A stretch of DNA of 64,000 bases, from assembly GCA_965204535.1 (NCBI GenBank), contig CBDBEV010000001.1:2560001-2624000 (forward strand), read 5' to 3'. The DNA is from a bacterium (lineage in GTDB: Bacteria > UBA8248). This document shows, in pieces, positions 47,083 to 56,221 of this stretch. The notes beneath the pieces were generated by a model. It did not search any database. It saw only the letters and a list, made by a program, of their open reading frames with translations, and was not told the DNA's origin. Position numbers and translations under genes: made by a program. Numbering within the stretch: position 1 is the first letter of the stretch; each line of letters opens with the position of its first letter.

Positions 47083-47832
47083 TTATGCGGATGCTTCCGC
47101 CATCTGTTCTTCTGAGATGTCGAAGTTCGCGTAGACGTTCTGCACGTCGTCGTTGTCTTCGAGCGCCTCCATGAGGCGGAGCATCTGCTCGGCTTCCTTG
47201 CCCTCGAGCTTCACCGTCGATTTGGGCAGCATGGCGAGCTCGGCCGATTCCGTCGGTATCCCGCTTTGCTCGAGCGCCTCGCGCACGGACTCGAAGGCAT
47301 CCGGCGAGGTATGGATTTCGAACAGATCATCGGTGGATTCGAAGTCCTCCGCCCCCGCTTCGAGGGCGAGTTCCATGAGCGTTTCCTCGTCCACGCTCTC
47401 CTGGGGGACGAGGAACAGTCCTTTTTTCTCGAAATTCCACGCCACGGCGTTCGGCTCGGCCATGGTGCCGTTGTTCTTCGTCAGTATGTGGCGGATTTCG
47501 GCGCCCGTTCGGTTGCGGTTGTCGGTGAGCACAGAGATGAGAATTGCCACCCCGTTGGGGCCGTAGCCCTCATAGGCGCATTCCTCGTAGTTCACGCCTT
47601 CGAGGTCGCCCGTCCCCTTGGCGATGGCGCGCGCGATGTTGTCCTGGGGCATGTTGGCCCCTTTCGCCGTCTGAATCGCCGTGCGCAACCGGGGGTTGCC
47701 GTCGGGGTCTCCCCCGCCGAGCCGGGCCGCGATGGTGATCTCCTTGATGAGTTTCGTGAAAATCTTGCCGCGCTTGGCGTCGAGTGCGCCTTTTTTCCGC
47801 TTGATGGTGCTCCATTTGGAATGACCGGACAT
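47083..47832 (-). CDS. yebC: YebC/PmpR family protein
   Basis: [21 protein letters not shown] and DDVQNVY. Confidence 0.95.
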   Translation of the reverse strand: MSGHSKWSTIKRKKGALDAKRGKIFTKLIKEITIAARLGGGDPDGNPRLRTAIQTAKGANMPQDNIARAIAKGTGDLEGVNYEECAYEGYGPNGVAILISVLTDNRNRTGAEIRHILTKNNGTMAEPNAVAWNFEKKGLFLVPQESVDEETLMELALEAGAEDFESTDDLFEIHTSPDAFESVREALEQSGIPTESAELAMLPKSTVKLEGKEAEQMLRLMEALEDNDDVQNVYANFDISEEQMAEASA

Positions 47833-48073
47833 GACGGATCCTCCTGCGATTCACCTGCGGTGGGTTCCATCCCTCTCCATCCGAAGGGCATTCGTCTTCA
47901 TGAGGCATTCTGACTATAATTTCTAGCATGGGGGGCGATGGGAGTAAAGACTTGGGCCTGCCGGGCCCGGTCTCGCATAGCCCCGCGTGGACACCTTGGT
48001 GATGGGGTGATATTTTTTCGCCAGACGTTTCCGGGGAGGATGAGTTCTGGGCTCTCAAAAGAGTGTATCATCG

Positions 48074-49036
48074 ATGAATCCCGTCGAAAGAGGTGAACGG
48101 ACCCTTCGGATCGAGGCCGAGGCGCTCGCCGGGCTCATCGAGCGGCTGGACGAGGGGTTCATCCAGGCGGTCGATATCGTTCTGGGGTGTAAGGGCAAGG
48201 TCGCGGTCACCGGCATGGGGAAGAGCGGGCTGATCGGGCAGAAGATATCCGCCACTCTCGCGAGTACGGGCACGCCCTCTTATTTTCTGCATCCCGCCGA
48301 GGGCGTCCACGGCGATTTGGGCATGGTGACGAAAGACGACGCCGTCGTCGCGCTCTCCTACAGCGGCGAGACGGACGAGGTGGTGCGCATCCTGCCCGTC
48401 TTCGCCCGCCTGGGGACACCGCTCATCGCCATCACCGGGACCGAGAACTCCACGCTTTGGCGCGCGGCGCAGGCCGTGCTGAACATTCACGTGAAAGAAG
48501 AAGCCTGCCCGATTCAGCTTGCGCCGACGGCGAGCAGCACCGCCGCCCTGGCGATGGGAGATGCGCTCGCGATGGCCGTTCTGGAGGCGCGGGGGTTTCA
48601 GCCCGAGGATTTCGCGCGTTTTCATCCCGGCGGGGTTTTGGGGAAGAAGCTCATTCGTGTGAAAGAGTTGATGGTCACGGGCGATAACATCCCGCAAGTA
48701 GAAGAAGGAGCATCCCTGGCTCAGGTCGTGCGCGAGATGAGCGCCAAGAGGCTGGGGATGACGTGCGTGACGGGTCCCGGGCAGGAACTGCGTGGCGTCG
48801 TCACGGACGGGGACTTGAGGCGCGCGATGGAGAACACCGAAGCGCTGCCCGATTTGAAGGCCGCTGATTTGATGACGTCCGCTCCGAAGACGATCGACCA
48901 GGACGAGATGGCCGCCGCCGCGGTTCAGGTGATGGAGGCGGGCGCCATCACGTGCCTGGCGGTCACCGCCGGCGCAGATGGACGCTTGGCGGGCGTGCTG
49001 CATCTGCACCATCTGTTGCGCGCAGGCGTGGTGTAA
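48074..49036 (+). CDS. kdsD: Arabinose-5-phosphate isomerase (KpsF/GutQ family; SIS + CBS domains)
   Basis: GMGKSG, HPAEGVHGDLG, APTASS and FHPGG. Confidence 0.92.
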   Translation: MNPVERGERTLRIEAEALAGLIERLDEGFIQAVDIVLGCKGKVAVTGMGKSGLIGQKISATLASTGTPSYFLHPAEGVHGDLGMVTKDDAVVALSYSGETDEVVRILPVFARLGTPLIAITGTENSTLWRAAQAVLNIHVKEEACPIQLAPTASSTAALAMGDALAMAVLEARGFQPEDFARFHPGGVLGKKLIRVKELMVTGDNIPQVEEGASLAQVVREMSAKRLGMTCVTGPGQELRGVVTDGDLRRAMENTEALPDLKAADLMTSAPKTIDQDEMAAAAVQVMEAGAITCLAVTAGADGRLAGVLHLHHLLRAGVV

Positions 49037-49093
49037 GCGCTTTCCCCTCAGGCTGAATCCTCGAATCATCCGGGCGCGGCATCGGCTCGTCCC

Positions 49094-49837
49094 TCACTTC
49101 CACCCCGAAGGCCCGAAAATCAAAAGACACAGCGCTGCGGCTATCATCAACCCCAGGCCAAGCGTGAAGCCGATGGCGGGCGGGATGCGTCCGCGAAGCA
49201 GCCTGCCCAGCAGGAATCCGGCGGCGGCCGGCAGAATCGATACGGCGGAGCGCGCCGATTCAAAGGCTCCCAGCGCGCCCGAGCCGCTCAGGATGGCAAT
49301 CTGAACGCTCGCGAACACAAGTGCTGCGGTGTAGGTGAGCCGCATCATCCGGGCGCGTCCCGCGCCCGTGCTGTCGAGATACATGATGCTGATGGGGTTG
49401 CCCGCGTATGAAAAGCCGCTCAGTCCGCCCGCGAAGAACCCGGCCAGATAGGTGAAGAAGGTCTCATCGCGCATGTCGAGTTGGACTCTCTGCCGCGAGA
49501 TGCTGTAGACGGCGAACAACAGGACGAGGACGCCCACCGACCACTTGAGGAACGTGGGTGGGCTGGCGAGCAGGGTCAGGGCGCCCACGGCGGCGCCCGC
49601 CGCGCCCGCGCCCAGGAAAGGCATGAGGCGTTTGAGAGATGCGGTAGGAACGCCGCCTCCGATCGCGCGAATCGCCATGAGGATCAGGTTCGGCAGCGAT
49701 AGGGTGAGCACCGAATCGCGCACCCCGATGAGAGCGCCCAGCGCAGGCGTCGCCAGGAGGCCGAAGTCTATCCCTGCGGCTCCCTCGAGGAAGGCTGCTG
49801 CGAAGACGAGAAGCGTGATATCCCAGGTAGGCCACAT
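49094..49837 (-). CDS. TauE/SafE (TSUP) family exporter
   Basis: About 8 TM segments; GAAGIDFG and GGLSG repeats. Confidence 0.75.
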   Translation of the reverse strand: MWPTWDITLLVFAAAFLEGAAGIDFGLLATPALGALIGVRDSVLTLSLPNLILMAIRAIGGGVPTASLKRLMPFLGAGAAGAAVGALTLLASPPTFLKWSVGVLVLLFAVYSISRQRVQLDMRDETFFTYLAGFFAGGLSGFSYAGNPISIMYLDSTGAGRARMMRLTYTAALVFASVQIAILSGSGALGAFESARSAVSILPAAAGFLLGRLLRGRIPPAIGFTLGLGLMIAAALCLLIFGPSGWK

Positions 49838-49855
49838 CGGTTCGGGTGAGTCCGC

Positions 49856-50854
49856 TTAGAGGTTCAGCAGGCGCTGGATGTTCTTGTGCGAGACGTTCTC
49901 GTATTCTTCCTGGCTCAGTCCCGACCCCCTGAGCGTTTCGACCGCCTCGGTGTCCGTCATGTCGTAGGGCAAATCCGTGCCCAGCACGACCCGGTCTCCC
50001 CCCATCACGTCCACCAGGAAGCGCACGACGGGCGGATGAAACACCAGCATGTCCAGATAGAAGTTTGAGCGCAGATATTCCAGCGGCGGACGCGATATTT
50101 TCTTGCACTCGGGCCGCACCTTCCAGCCGTGGGCGAAGCGGCCGACCAGATAGGGCGCGGTTCCCCCGCCGTGCAGGAAGATGAAGGTCAGGTTCGGCAG
50201 CCTGTCGAAAATGCCGGAGAAGATGAGCCGTCCGATGCTGTTCGCGCTTTCCGTGGGGAAGCCGACGAGGTTGAACAGGTGGTATTCCTTCATCTGCGCC
50301 GCACCCGCCGGGTTGGCCGGATGAACGATGATGGGCACGTCCATGCCGGCCGCCGCCTCGTAGATGGGGTAGAAACGCTCATCGTCGAGATACCTGCCGT
50401 TCACGTTCGTGCTGAGAAAACCTCCCTTGAGGCCCAGCTTGTTGACGGAGCGTTCGAGTTCTTTGACGGAAAGCTCGGTGTTCTGCGCGGGCAGGGAGGC
50501 CAGGCCATGAAATTTCGTGGGGTGTTTCTCGATGATGTCGGCGTAGGCGTCGTTCGCCGCCCGGCAGAGTTCATCGGCCAGGCCGTCGTCCGCCCAGTAG
50601 CAGCCCGGGTTCGACGAGAAGGAGAGTATGTTCATGTCCAGGTTCATCTCGTCCATGGTTTTGAGCCTTAAGTCCACGTTGGTGAAAGGCTCGATGGGCG
50701 GGTGCATCATGCCCTTGATGTCCACGATGCGCTCGCCTTCCGCGTTCGTTACGAGCTTGACGCCGTAGCGCGGGCCCTCTTTTTCCAGGATTTCGAAGTA
50801 TTCGTCCGGGTATATGTGGCAATGAGCGTCGATGTGCATTCTCGTTATCTCCAT
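49856..50854 (-). CDS. Amidohydrolase-2 family protein (ACMSD-like)
   Basis: IDAHCH, IVHP, LHGGG and GTDLPY. Confidence 0.88.
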   Translation of the reverse strand: MEITRMHIDAHCHIYPDEYFEILEKEGPRYGVKLVTNAEGERIVDIKGMMHPPIEPFTNVDLRLKTMDEMNLDMNILSFSSNPGCYWADDGLADELCRAANDAYADIIEKHPTKFHGLASLPAQNTELSVKELERSVNKLGLKGGFLSTNVNGRYLDDERFYPIYEAAAGMDVPIIVHPANPAGAAQMKEYHLFNLVGFPTESANSIGRLIFSGIFDRLPNLTFIFLHGGGTAPYLVGRFAHGWKVRPECKKISRPPLEYLRSNFYLDMLVFHPPVVRFLVDVMGGDRVVLGTDLPYDMTDTEAVETLRGSGLSQEEYENVSHKNIQRLLNL

Positions 50855-50991
50855 GAGTAGAAGGGCCGACCCGGATTGTTAGCACCCGTGAACAAGGGGT
50901 GTCAATGATGAGGCGTCATCCCACCGGTGAGGTGCGGACAAGGTGTATAGGATGAGTTTTGAAGTCTTCTGTGCTGTGAATGGCCGAAATT

Positions 50992-51768
50992 TCAGGGCTT
51001 GACGGCCCGGACGGTCGCGCTTGCGAGTTCGGGTGTAACGTAGGGCTTGCGTCCAACAATTTCCACGTCGACGAAACCGGCCTCCCGCAGCCCGGCGATG
51101 TACGCGTTCTCAGTGACCGCGCCCGCGATGCACGCGCACCAATCCGCGATGGAGGCTTCTGCGATAGGCTCGATGGTTGCGTCTTCCGCCGCATCGCCTG
51201 TTCTGATGACATCCGACACGACGAAGCGCCCGCCCGGACGCAGCACGCGGAACGATTCGCGGAAAACGGCAGGCTTGTCGGGCGAGAGGTTGATGACGCA
51301 GTTGCTGATGACGACGTCGACCGAGGCGTCCTCAACCGGCATGTTTTCCATCTCGCCCTTTCGGAACGAGACGTTCGCTGCGCCCATGCGCCGTCTGTTT
51401 CGCTCCGCTTTCTCCAGCATGGCGTCCGTCATGTCGAGGCCGATGACGCTCCCGCGAGGCCCCACCTCCTTCGCGGCGAGAAAACAGTCCAGCCCCGCGC
51501 CGGAGCCCAGGTCCAGCACCGTCTCGCCCGGCTTGGGCGCTGCGTCCGGAACCGGGTTGCCGCATCCCGCGTTCGCGCTCAGCACGTCACCCGGCAGCTC
51601 CTCCACTGCCTCTTTCGCATAGCCGATGGTTTCGACGTTCTCCGCGCCCGCGGGCATCTCGGCGTCCGCCTCCCCGCAGCAGGTAACCTCGCCGGCGGCG
51701 ACCTTCGCATAGAGTTCCCGAACCGCGCTTTTTATCTGGTTCTCATCACCACAGCATCCTGTGGACAT
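50992..51768 (-). CDS. arsM: Arsenite methyltransferase-like SAM-dependent methyltransferase
   Basis: CC motifs, GCGNP, LDLGSGAG, SNCVINLSPDK and CIAGA. Confidence 0.82.
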   Translation of the reverse strand: MSTGCCGDENQIKSAVRELYAKVAAGEVTCCGEADAEMPAGAENVETIGYAKEAVEELPGDVLSANAGCGNPVPDAAPKPGETVLDLGSGAGLDCFLAAKEVGPRGSVIGLDMTDAMLEKAERNRRRMGAANVSFRKGEMENMPVEDASVDVVISNCVINLSPDKPAVFRESFRVLRPGGRFVVSDVIRTGDAAEDATIEPIAEASIADWCACIAGAVTENAYIAGLREAGFVDVEIVGRKPYVTPELASATVRAVKP

Positions 51769-52083
51769 GGATGGAATCTCCTCGTCGGTCGCATTAGGGC
51801 TTCGGGAATAGACGCCCCGAACTTGAACAGGATAGCAAGGACGCGGGGGAGAGGGGAAGGGCAGGGGGCGTCCCATGGATTGTAGGGACAACCCCCTGTG
51901 GTTGTCCCTTGTCAGGACAGGCACGGGGGCCTGTCCCTACATACGAAAAACTTCCCGCATTGGTCGGGTTTGACTCCCAAGGGGATATGATTTTGAAGAC
52001 CACGCCGCTACGGGTTGCGGGAAAATCGCTTCCGTGCAACTTTGGGGCCGGACCGCCTCGATTCCTCTTTCACGCGCCGGGAC

Positions 52084-54816
52084 ATGACGGAAGATAAAAA
52101 ACGAATCTATCTGATCGACGGCTCGGGCTACATGTTCCGGGCCTATTACGGCACGATGCGCCAGCGTCTTTCGAACTCGAAGGGCGTGCCCACGGGCGGC
52201 ACGCTGGCCTTCGCCCGAATGCTCCTGAAAGTCATCCGCGAGCGCGCGCCCGAGTACGTCGCCATCGCCTTCGATCGCCCCGAACCCACCTTCCGCCACG
52301 AGATATACCCCGCCTACAAGGGAAACCGCGACGCCGCACCCGAAGACCTGGTCGAGCAAATCCCCTACATGCACCGCGTGGTCGAGGTGCTGCGCATTCC
52401 GCTTCTCGTGCAGGTCGGGGCCGAAGCCGACGACATCATCGGCACGCTGGCCGCGCGCGCCGAAGCGGAGGACTTCGAGGTCGTCCTGGTGACGGCGGAC
52501 AAGGATTTCGCCCAGCTTGTCTCCGATAAAGTGCGCATCTGGGACCCGATGAAGGACGAGGAGATGGGGCCGGCGGAGATCGAGGCCAAATGGGGCGTGC
52601 CGCCCGAGAAATTCGTGGATATCCAGGCGCTGATGGGCGATTCGACGGACAACATACCGGGCGTGCCGGGCATCGGCGAGAAAACCGCCGTCGCCCTGAT
52701 CCGGCAGTTCGGCGGGCTCGAAGAGGTGCTCGCTTCGACTGAAGAGATAAAACGCCCCAAACAGCGCGAGAACATCGAGGAAAACGTCGATATGGCGCGC
52801 CTCTCGCGGGAGCTTTGCACCATCAAGCGCGACTTGGCGCTCGAGGGAGACCTGGAATCCTGCCGTCTGGGCGACGCCGACATCGAGGCGGGCCGGAAAC
52901 TCTTCGTCGAGGAACTGGAATTCAAGAACATCATCGAACAACTCCCCGGCTACAGCGAATCCGACGCCGCGGAGGATGCGTCCGGGGAGGCGGCTTCTCC
53001 AGCCGAAGAAGAGGAGCGCGACTACCACATCATCCGAACGCTGGAGGATCTGCGGTCGATGATTGCGGAACTCGAAAAAGCGGGGCGCTTCGCGTTCGAC
53101 CTGGAAACCACATCGCTCGACCCCATGAAGGCGCGCATCGTGGGCTTGAGTTTTTCCGCCGCTGCGGGCCGCGCGTTCTATGTCCCCGTGGGGCACGAGA
53201 TGATGGACGCAGGTCCCCAGCTTGCGCTCGAAGACGTGCTCGCCGAAGTATCCCCGCTTCTGGAATCGTCCGATATCGAGAAAATCGGCCAGAACATCAA
53301 ATACGACATCGCGGTGCTCAAAGAGGCCGGCCATGAGGTTCGCGGCCCCCTGTTCGACACCATGCTCGCCTCCTACCTCCTGCTCTCGAGCCGCAGGAGC
53401 CACGGGATGGACCATCTGGCGCAGGAGTATTTCGGGGTGACGACCATCAAATACGCCGATCTGTGCGGCAAGGGTGCCAAGGAGATTCCCTTCTCCCACG
53501 TGCCGGTCGAGGCGGCGGCCCCCTACGCCTGCCAGGATGCGGACATTACATATCGCCTGGCCCTGGAGATGGCCCCGCAGCTCGAAAAAGACGGGCTGAT
53601 GAATCTCTTCGAGGAGTTGGAAGTCCCTCTCCTGCGCGTCCTGCTCGACATGGAGCGCGCGGGCATCCGGCTGGATCGGGAATTTTTAAGGAACATGGGC
53701 AAGGAACTCGAAGCGCGCCTGGAGCAAATGACGAGCGACATCCACGGGCTGGCGGGCGAGGCGTTCAACATCAACTCCACCCAGCAGTTGCGCGTCATCC
53801 TGTTCGAAAAGCTGAACTTGCCCGTGATCAAGCGAACGAAAACGGGGCCTTCCACCGACATCGACACGCTGGAGCGGCTGGCGCCGCAGCACCCCCTGCC
53901 GCAGGAGATTCTGAACTTCCGGCAGCTGTCGAAGCTCAAGAGCACCTACGTGGACACCCTGCCCGAACTCGTGAACGCGCAGACGGGCCGCATCCACGCG
54001 CGCTTCAACCAGACGGTCGCCGCCACGGGCCGCCTGAGCGGTTCCGACCCCAATCTGCAGAACATCCCCATCCGCACGGAGTTGGGCCGTCAGATACGCC
54101 GGGCCTTCCTGCCCGAGGAGGGGTGGAAGCTCTTATCCGCGGATTACAGCCAGATCGAATTAAGAGTGCTGGCGCATTTCACGAACGACCCGGCCCTCGT
54201 CGACGCCTTCGGCAAGGGAGAGGACATCCACGCGACGACCGCCTCGGCCGTCTACGGCGTGCCGCTCGAAGGTGTCGACTCCGAGATGCGCCGCGTCGCC
54301 AAGGCGGTGAACTTCGGCATCATCTACGGGCAGGGCGCCTTCGGCCTCTCCCAGGCCATCGGCATCCCCCAGTCCGAGGCGCGCTCGTTCATCGACACCT
54401 ATTTCGAGCGCTTCGCCGCCGTGCCCGCCTTCGTGGACGAGACCATCGAGGGAGGCCGCGCGCGTGGTTACGTCTCCACCATCATGGGCCGGCGCAGGTA
54501 TCTGCCCGATCTGAACAGCCGGAACCGCAACGCGAAAAACGCCGCCGAGCGGACGGCGGTGAACTCCGTCATCCAGGGGAGCGCCGCCGACATCATCAAG
54601 CTCGCGATGATAACCATCGCCGATCGCCTGAAGAGAGAAGAAAGAGAAGCGCGCATGCTCGTGCAGGTGCACGATGAGCTCCTGTTCGAGATACCGCCCG
54701 CAGAAGTCGAGGCCGTGGCCGCCCTCGTCGCAGAGGAGATGCGCGGCGCGACCCCCCTGCACGTTCCGCTCGACGTGGACGTGAGCACGGGCGAGAACTG
54801 GGGCGAGCTCAAGTAG
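52084..54816 (+). CDS. polA: DNA polymerase I
   Basis: 5'-3' exonuclease (IDGS, EADD, GDSTDNIPGV), 3'-5' exonuclease (DLET) and polymerase motifs (DYSQIELR, KAVNFG, QVHDEL). Confidence 0.98.
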   Translation: MTEDKKRIYLIDGSGYMFRAYYGTMRQRLSNSKGVPTGGTLAFARMLLKVIRERAPEYVAIAFDRPEPTFRHEIYPAYKGNRDAAPEDLVEQIPYMHRVVEVLRIPLLVQVGAEADDIIGTLAARAEAEDFEVVLVTADKDFAQLVSDKVRIWDPMKDEEMGPAEIEAKWGVPPEKFVDIQALMGDSTDNIPGVPGIGEKTAVALIRQFGGLEEVLASTEEIKRPKQRENIEENVDMARLSRELCTIKRDLALEGDLESCRLGDADIEAGRKLFVEELEFKNIIEQLPGYSESDAAEDASGEAASPAEEEERDYHIIRTLEDLRSMIAELEKAGRFAFDLETTSLDPMKARIVGLSFSAAAGRAFYVPVGHEMMDAGPQLALEDVLAEVSPLLESSDIEKIGQNIKYDIAVLKEAGHEVRGPLFDTMLASYLLLSSRRSHGMDHLAQEYFGVTTIKYADLCGKGAKEIPFSHVPVEAAAPYACQDADITYRLALEMAPQLEKDGLMNLFEELEVPLLRVLLDMERAGIRLDREFLRNMGKELEARLEQMTSDIHGLAGEAFNINSTQQLRVILFEKLNLPVIKRTKTGPSTDIDTLERLAPQHPLPQEILNFRQLSKLKSTYVDTLPELVNAQTGRIHARFNQTVAATGRLSGSDPNLQNIPIRTELGRQIRRAFLPEEGWKLLSADYSQIELRVLAHFTNDPALVDAFGKGEDIHATTASAVYGVPLEGVDSEMRRVAKAVNFGIIYGQGAFGLSQAIGIPQSEARSFIDTYFERFAAVPAFVDETIEGGRARGYVSTIMGRRRYLPDLNSRNRNAKNAAERTAVNSVIQGSAADIIKLAMITIADRLKREEREARMLVQVHDELLFEIPPAEVEAVAALVAEEMRGATPLHVPLDVDVSTGENWGELK

Positions 54817-54826
54817 CGGAGGCGCA

Positions 54827-54877
54827 CGTTCGCCATGTCCAATCTCTACGCGGTCGGCGACATCCACGGCCAGATTC
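54827..54877 (+). repeat. Duplicated 5' end of the metallophosphoesterase gene (identical copy at 55539-55589)
   Basis: 51/51 identical, includes ATG TCC AAT CTC TAC. Confidence 0.95.
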
Positions 54878-55023
54878 GCCGTCCGGACGCCCCGGCAGTC
54901 TCCTTCAAGAAAACTCATCCGGACGCCGCGCCGGACCCGGCTCCGTCAAACCGTCGTTGAAAAGCCGGGCAGGGAAACATAGAATGCCTGATGATTTGAA
55001 ACTTTGAGGCAAGGAGGCGCGCC

Positions 55024-55221
55024 ATGAAGTACAAAATCGTTCTTCACCGTTCCGAGGAGGGCTACAGCGTTTGGATACCGGGCCTTCCAGGTTGTTGCTC
55101 ACAGGGAGAAACGGAGGCCGAGGCGATCTCCAACATCGAAACTGCCGCCAGGGAATATCTCAGCGCCGTGGAGGATCTCCTGGAGGGCGGAGATATACGG
55201 GAAATCGAAGTGGCCGTCTAG
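55024..55221 (+). CDS. hicB: HicB family antitoxin (short, no DNA-binding domain)
   Basis: GYSVWIPGLPGC.SQGETEAEAISNI; AGGAGG RBS. Confidence 0.88.
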   Translation: MKYKIVLHRSEEGYSVWIPGLPGCCSQGETEAEAISNIETAAREYLSAVEDLLEGGDIREIEVAV

Positions 55222-55222
55222 C

Positions 55223-55435
55223 GTGCCGAAGATCCCGGGGGTCAACCATCTGCATGCGGTGCGCGCCCTGGAAAAGGCTGGCTTCCGCATACTTCGCCAA
55301 GGCAAGCACATCGTGATGTCGGATGGCGTTCGCGTGTTGACGATCCCGAGGAACAACCCCGTGAATGCGATCACGATGGGGGTAATTGCCAGGGCCGCCG
55401 GGTTGAGCGTTGATGAATTCCGCAGGCTTTTGTGA
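55223..55435 (+). CDS. hicA: HicA family toxin
   Basis: ALEKAGF..RQGKHIVM, TIP and AGLSVDEF. Confidence 0.88.
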   Translation: MPKIPGVNHLHAVRALEKAGFRILRQGKHIVMSDGVRVLTIPRNNPVNAITMGVIARAAGLSVDEFRRLL

Positions 55436-55546
55436 AACAAAAGAAACGGCATGACACCCCTTGACGCCACATGCCGCCGGCCACGGACCCCGGGTTCGTA
55501 GCTTTCCTCGGCACGGTCGGATTCACCAGGAGACTCCTCGTTCGCC

Positions 55547-56209
55547 ATGTCCAATCTCTACGCGGTCGGCGACATCCACGGCCAGATTCACATGCTCGAA
55601 GCCCTGGTGGAGCGCGTGCCCTTCCGGGAAGAGGATGAAATCGTTTTTCTCGGCGATTTCATCGACCGGGGGCGGGATTCCAAGGCCGTTGTCGAGTTCC
55701 TGCTCCGTTTCAGGCGCGAATACCCCAAATCCGTGTTCCTGCGCGGCAACCATGAGGACATGCTTCTGGATTATCTCGCAGGCGGCGGGAGCTATTATCC
55801 GGGCGTCTATGTCATGAACGGCGGCGATGCGACGCTGGAGAACTACCGTGATGAGAGAGGCGGCGTCCGCCTCCCGCCCGAGCATCTGAAATTCTTGAAC
55901 GCCCTCGAGTGGATTCATGTGAGCCGCGGGTTCATCTTCGTGCATGCGGGCTTGCGGCCAGGTGTTCCCATCGACAGTCAGGACCCGATGGATATGGTCT
56001 GGATACGGGAAGAGTTTTTCCATGCGGAGTACGATTTCGGCAAGCCCGTCGTGTTCGGGCACACGCCGGGGTGGCAGATCAAAAACGAGCTTCCCTTTTA
56101 TCTGGGAATCGACACGAGCGCCGTGAACGGCGGGTGCCTGACCTGCGTGCAACTCGCCGGGGGCGAACTCGTGGAATGCCACCAGGTTTCCTCCCGGGAA
56201 GTGGAATAA
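55547..56209 (+). CDS. Calcineurin-like metallophosphoesterase (PphA-like Ser/Thr phosphatase)
   Basis: GDIHG, GDFIDRG, RGNHE, VHAG and FGHTP. Confidence 0.92.
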   Translation: MSNLYAVGDIHGQIHMLEALVERVPFREEDEIVFLGDFIDRGRDSKAVVEFLLRFRREYPKSVFLRGNHEDMLLDYLAGGGSYYPGVYVMNGGDATLENYRDERGGVRLPPEHLKFLNALEWIHVSRGFIFVHAGLRPGVPIDSQDPMDMVWIREEFFHAEYDFGKPVVFGHTPGWQIKNELPFYLGIDTSAVNGGCLTCVQLAGGELVECHQVSSREVE

Positions 56210-56221
56210 GTTGAATCGCAA

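Noticed and set aside
50992-51924. Selenocysteine or N-terminally extended ArsM
   Set aside because: No in-frame TGA; the extension upstream of 51768 runs into a REP doublet and is likely spurious.
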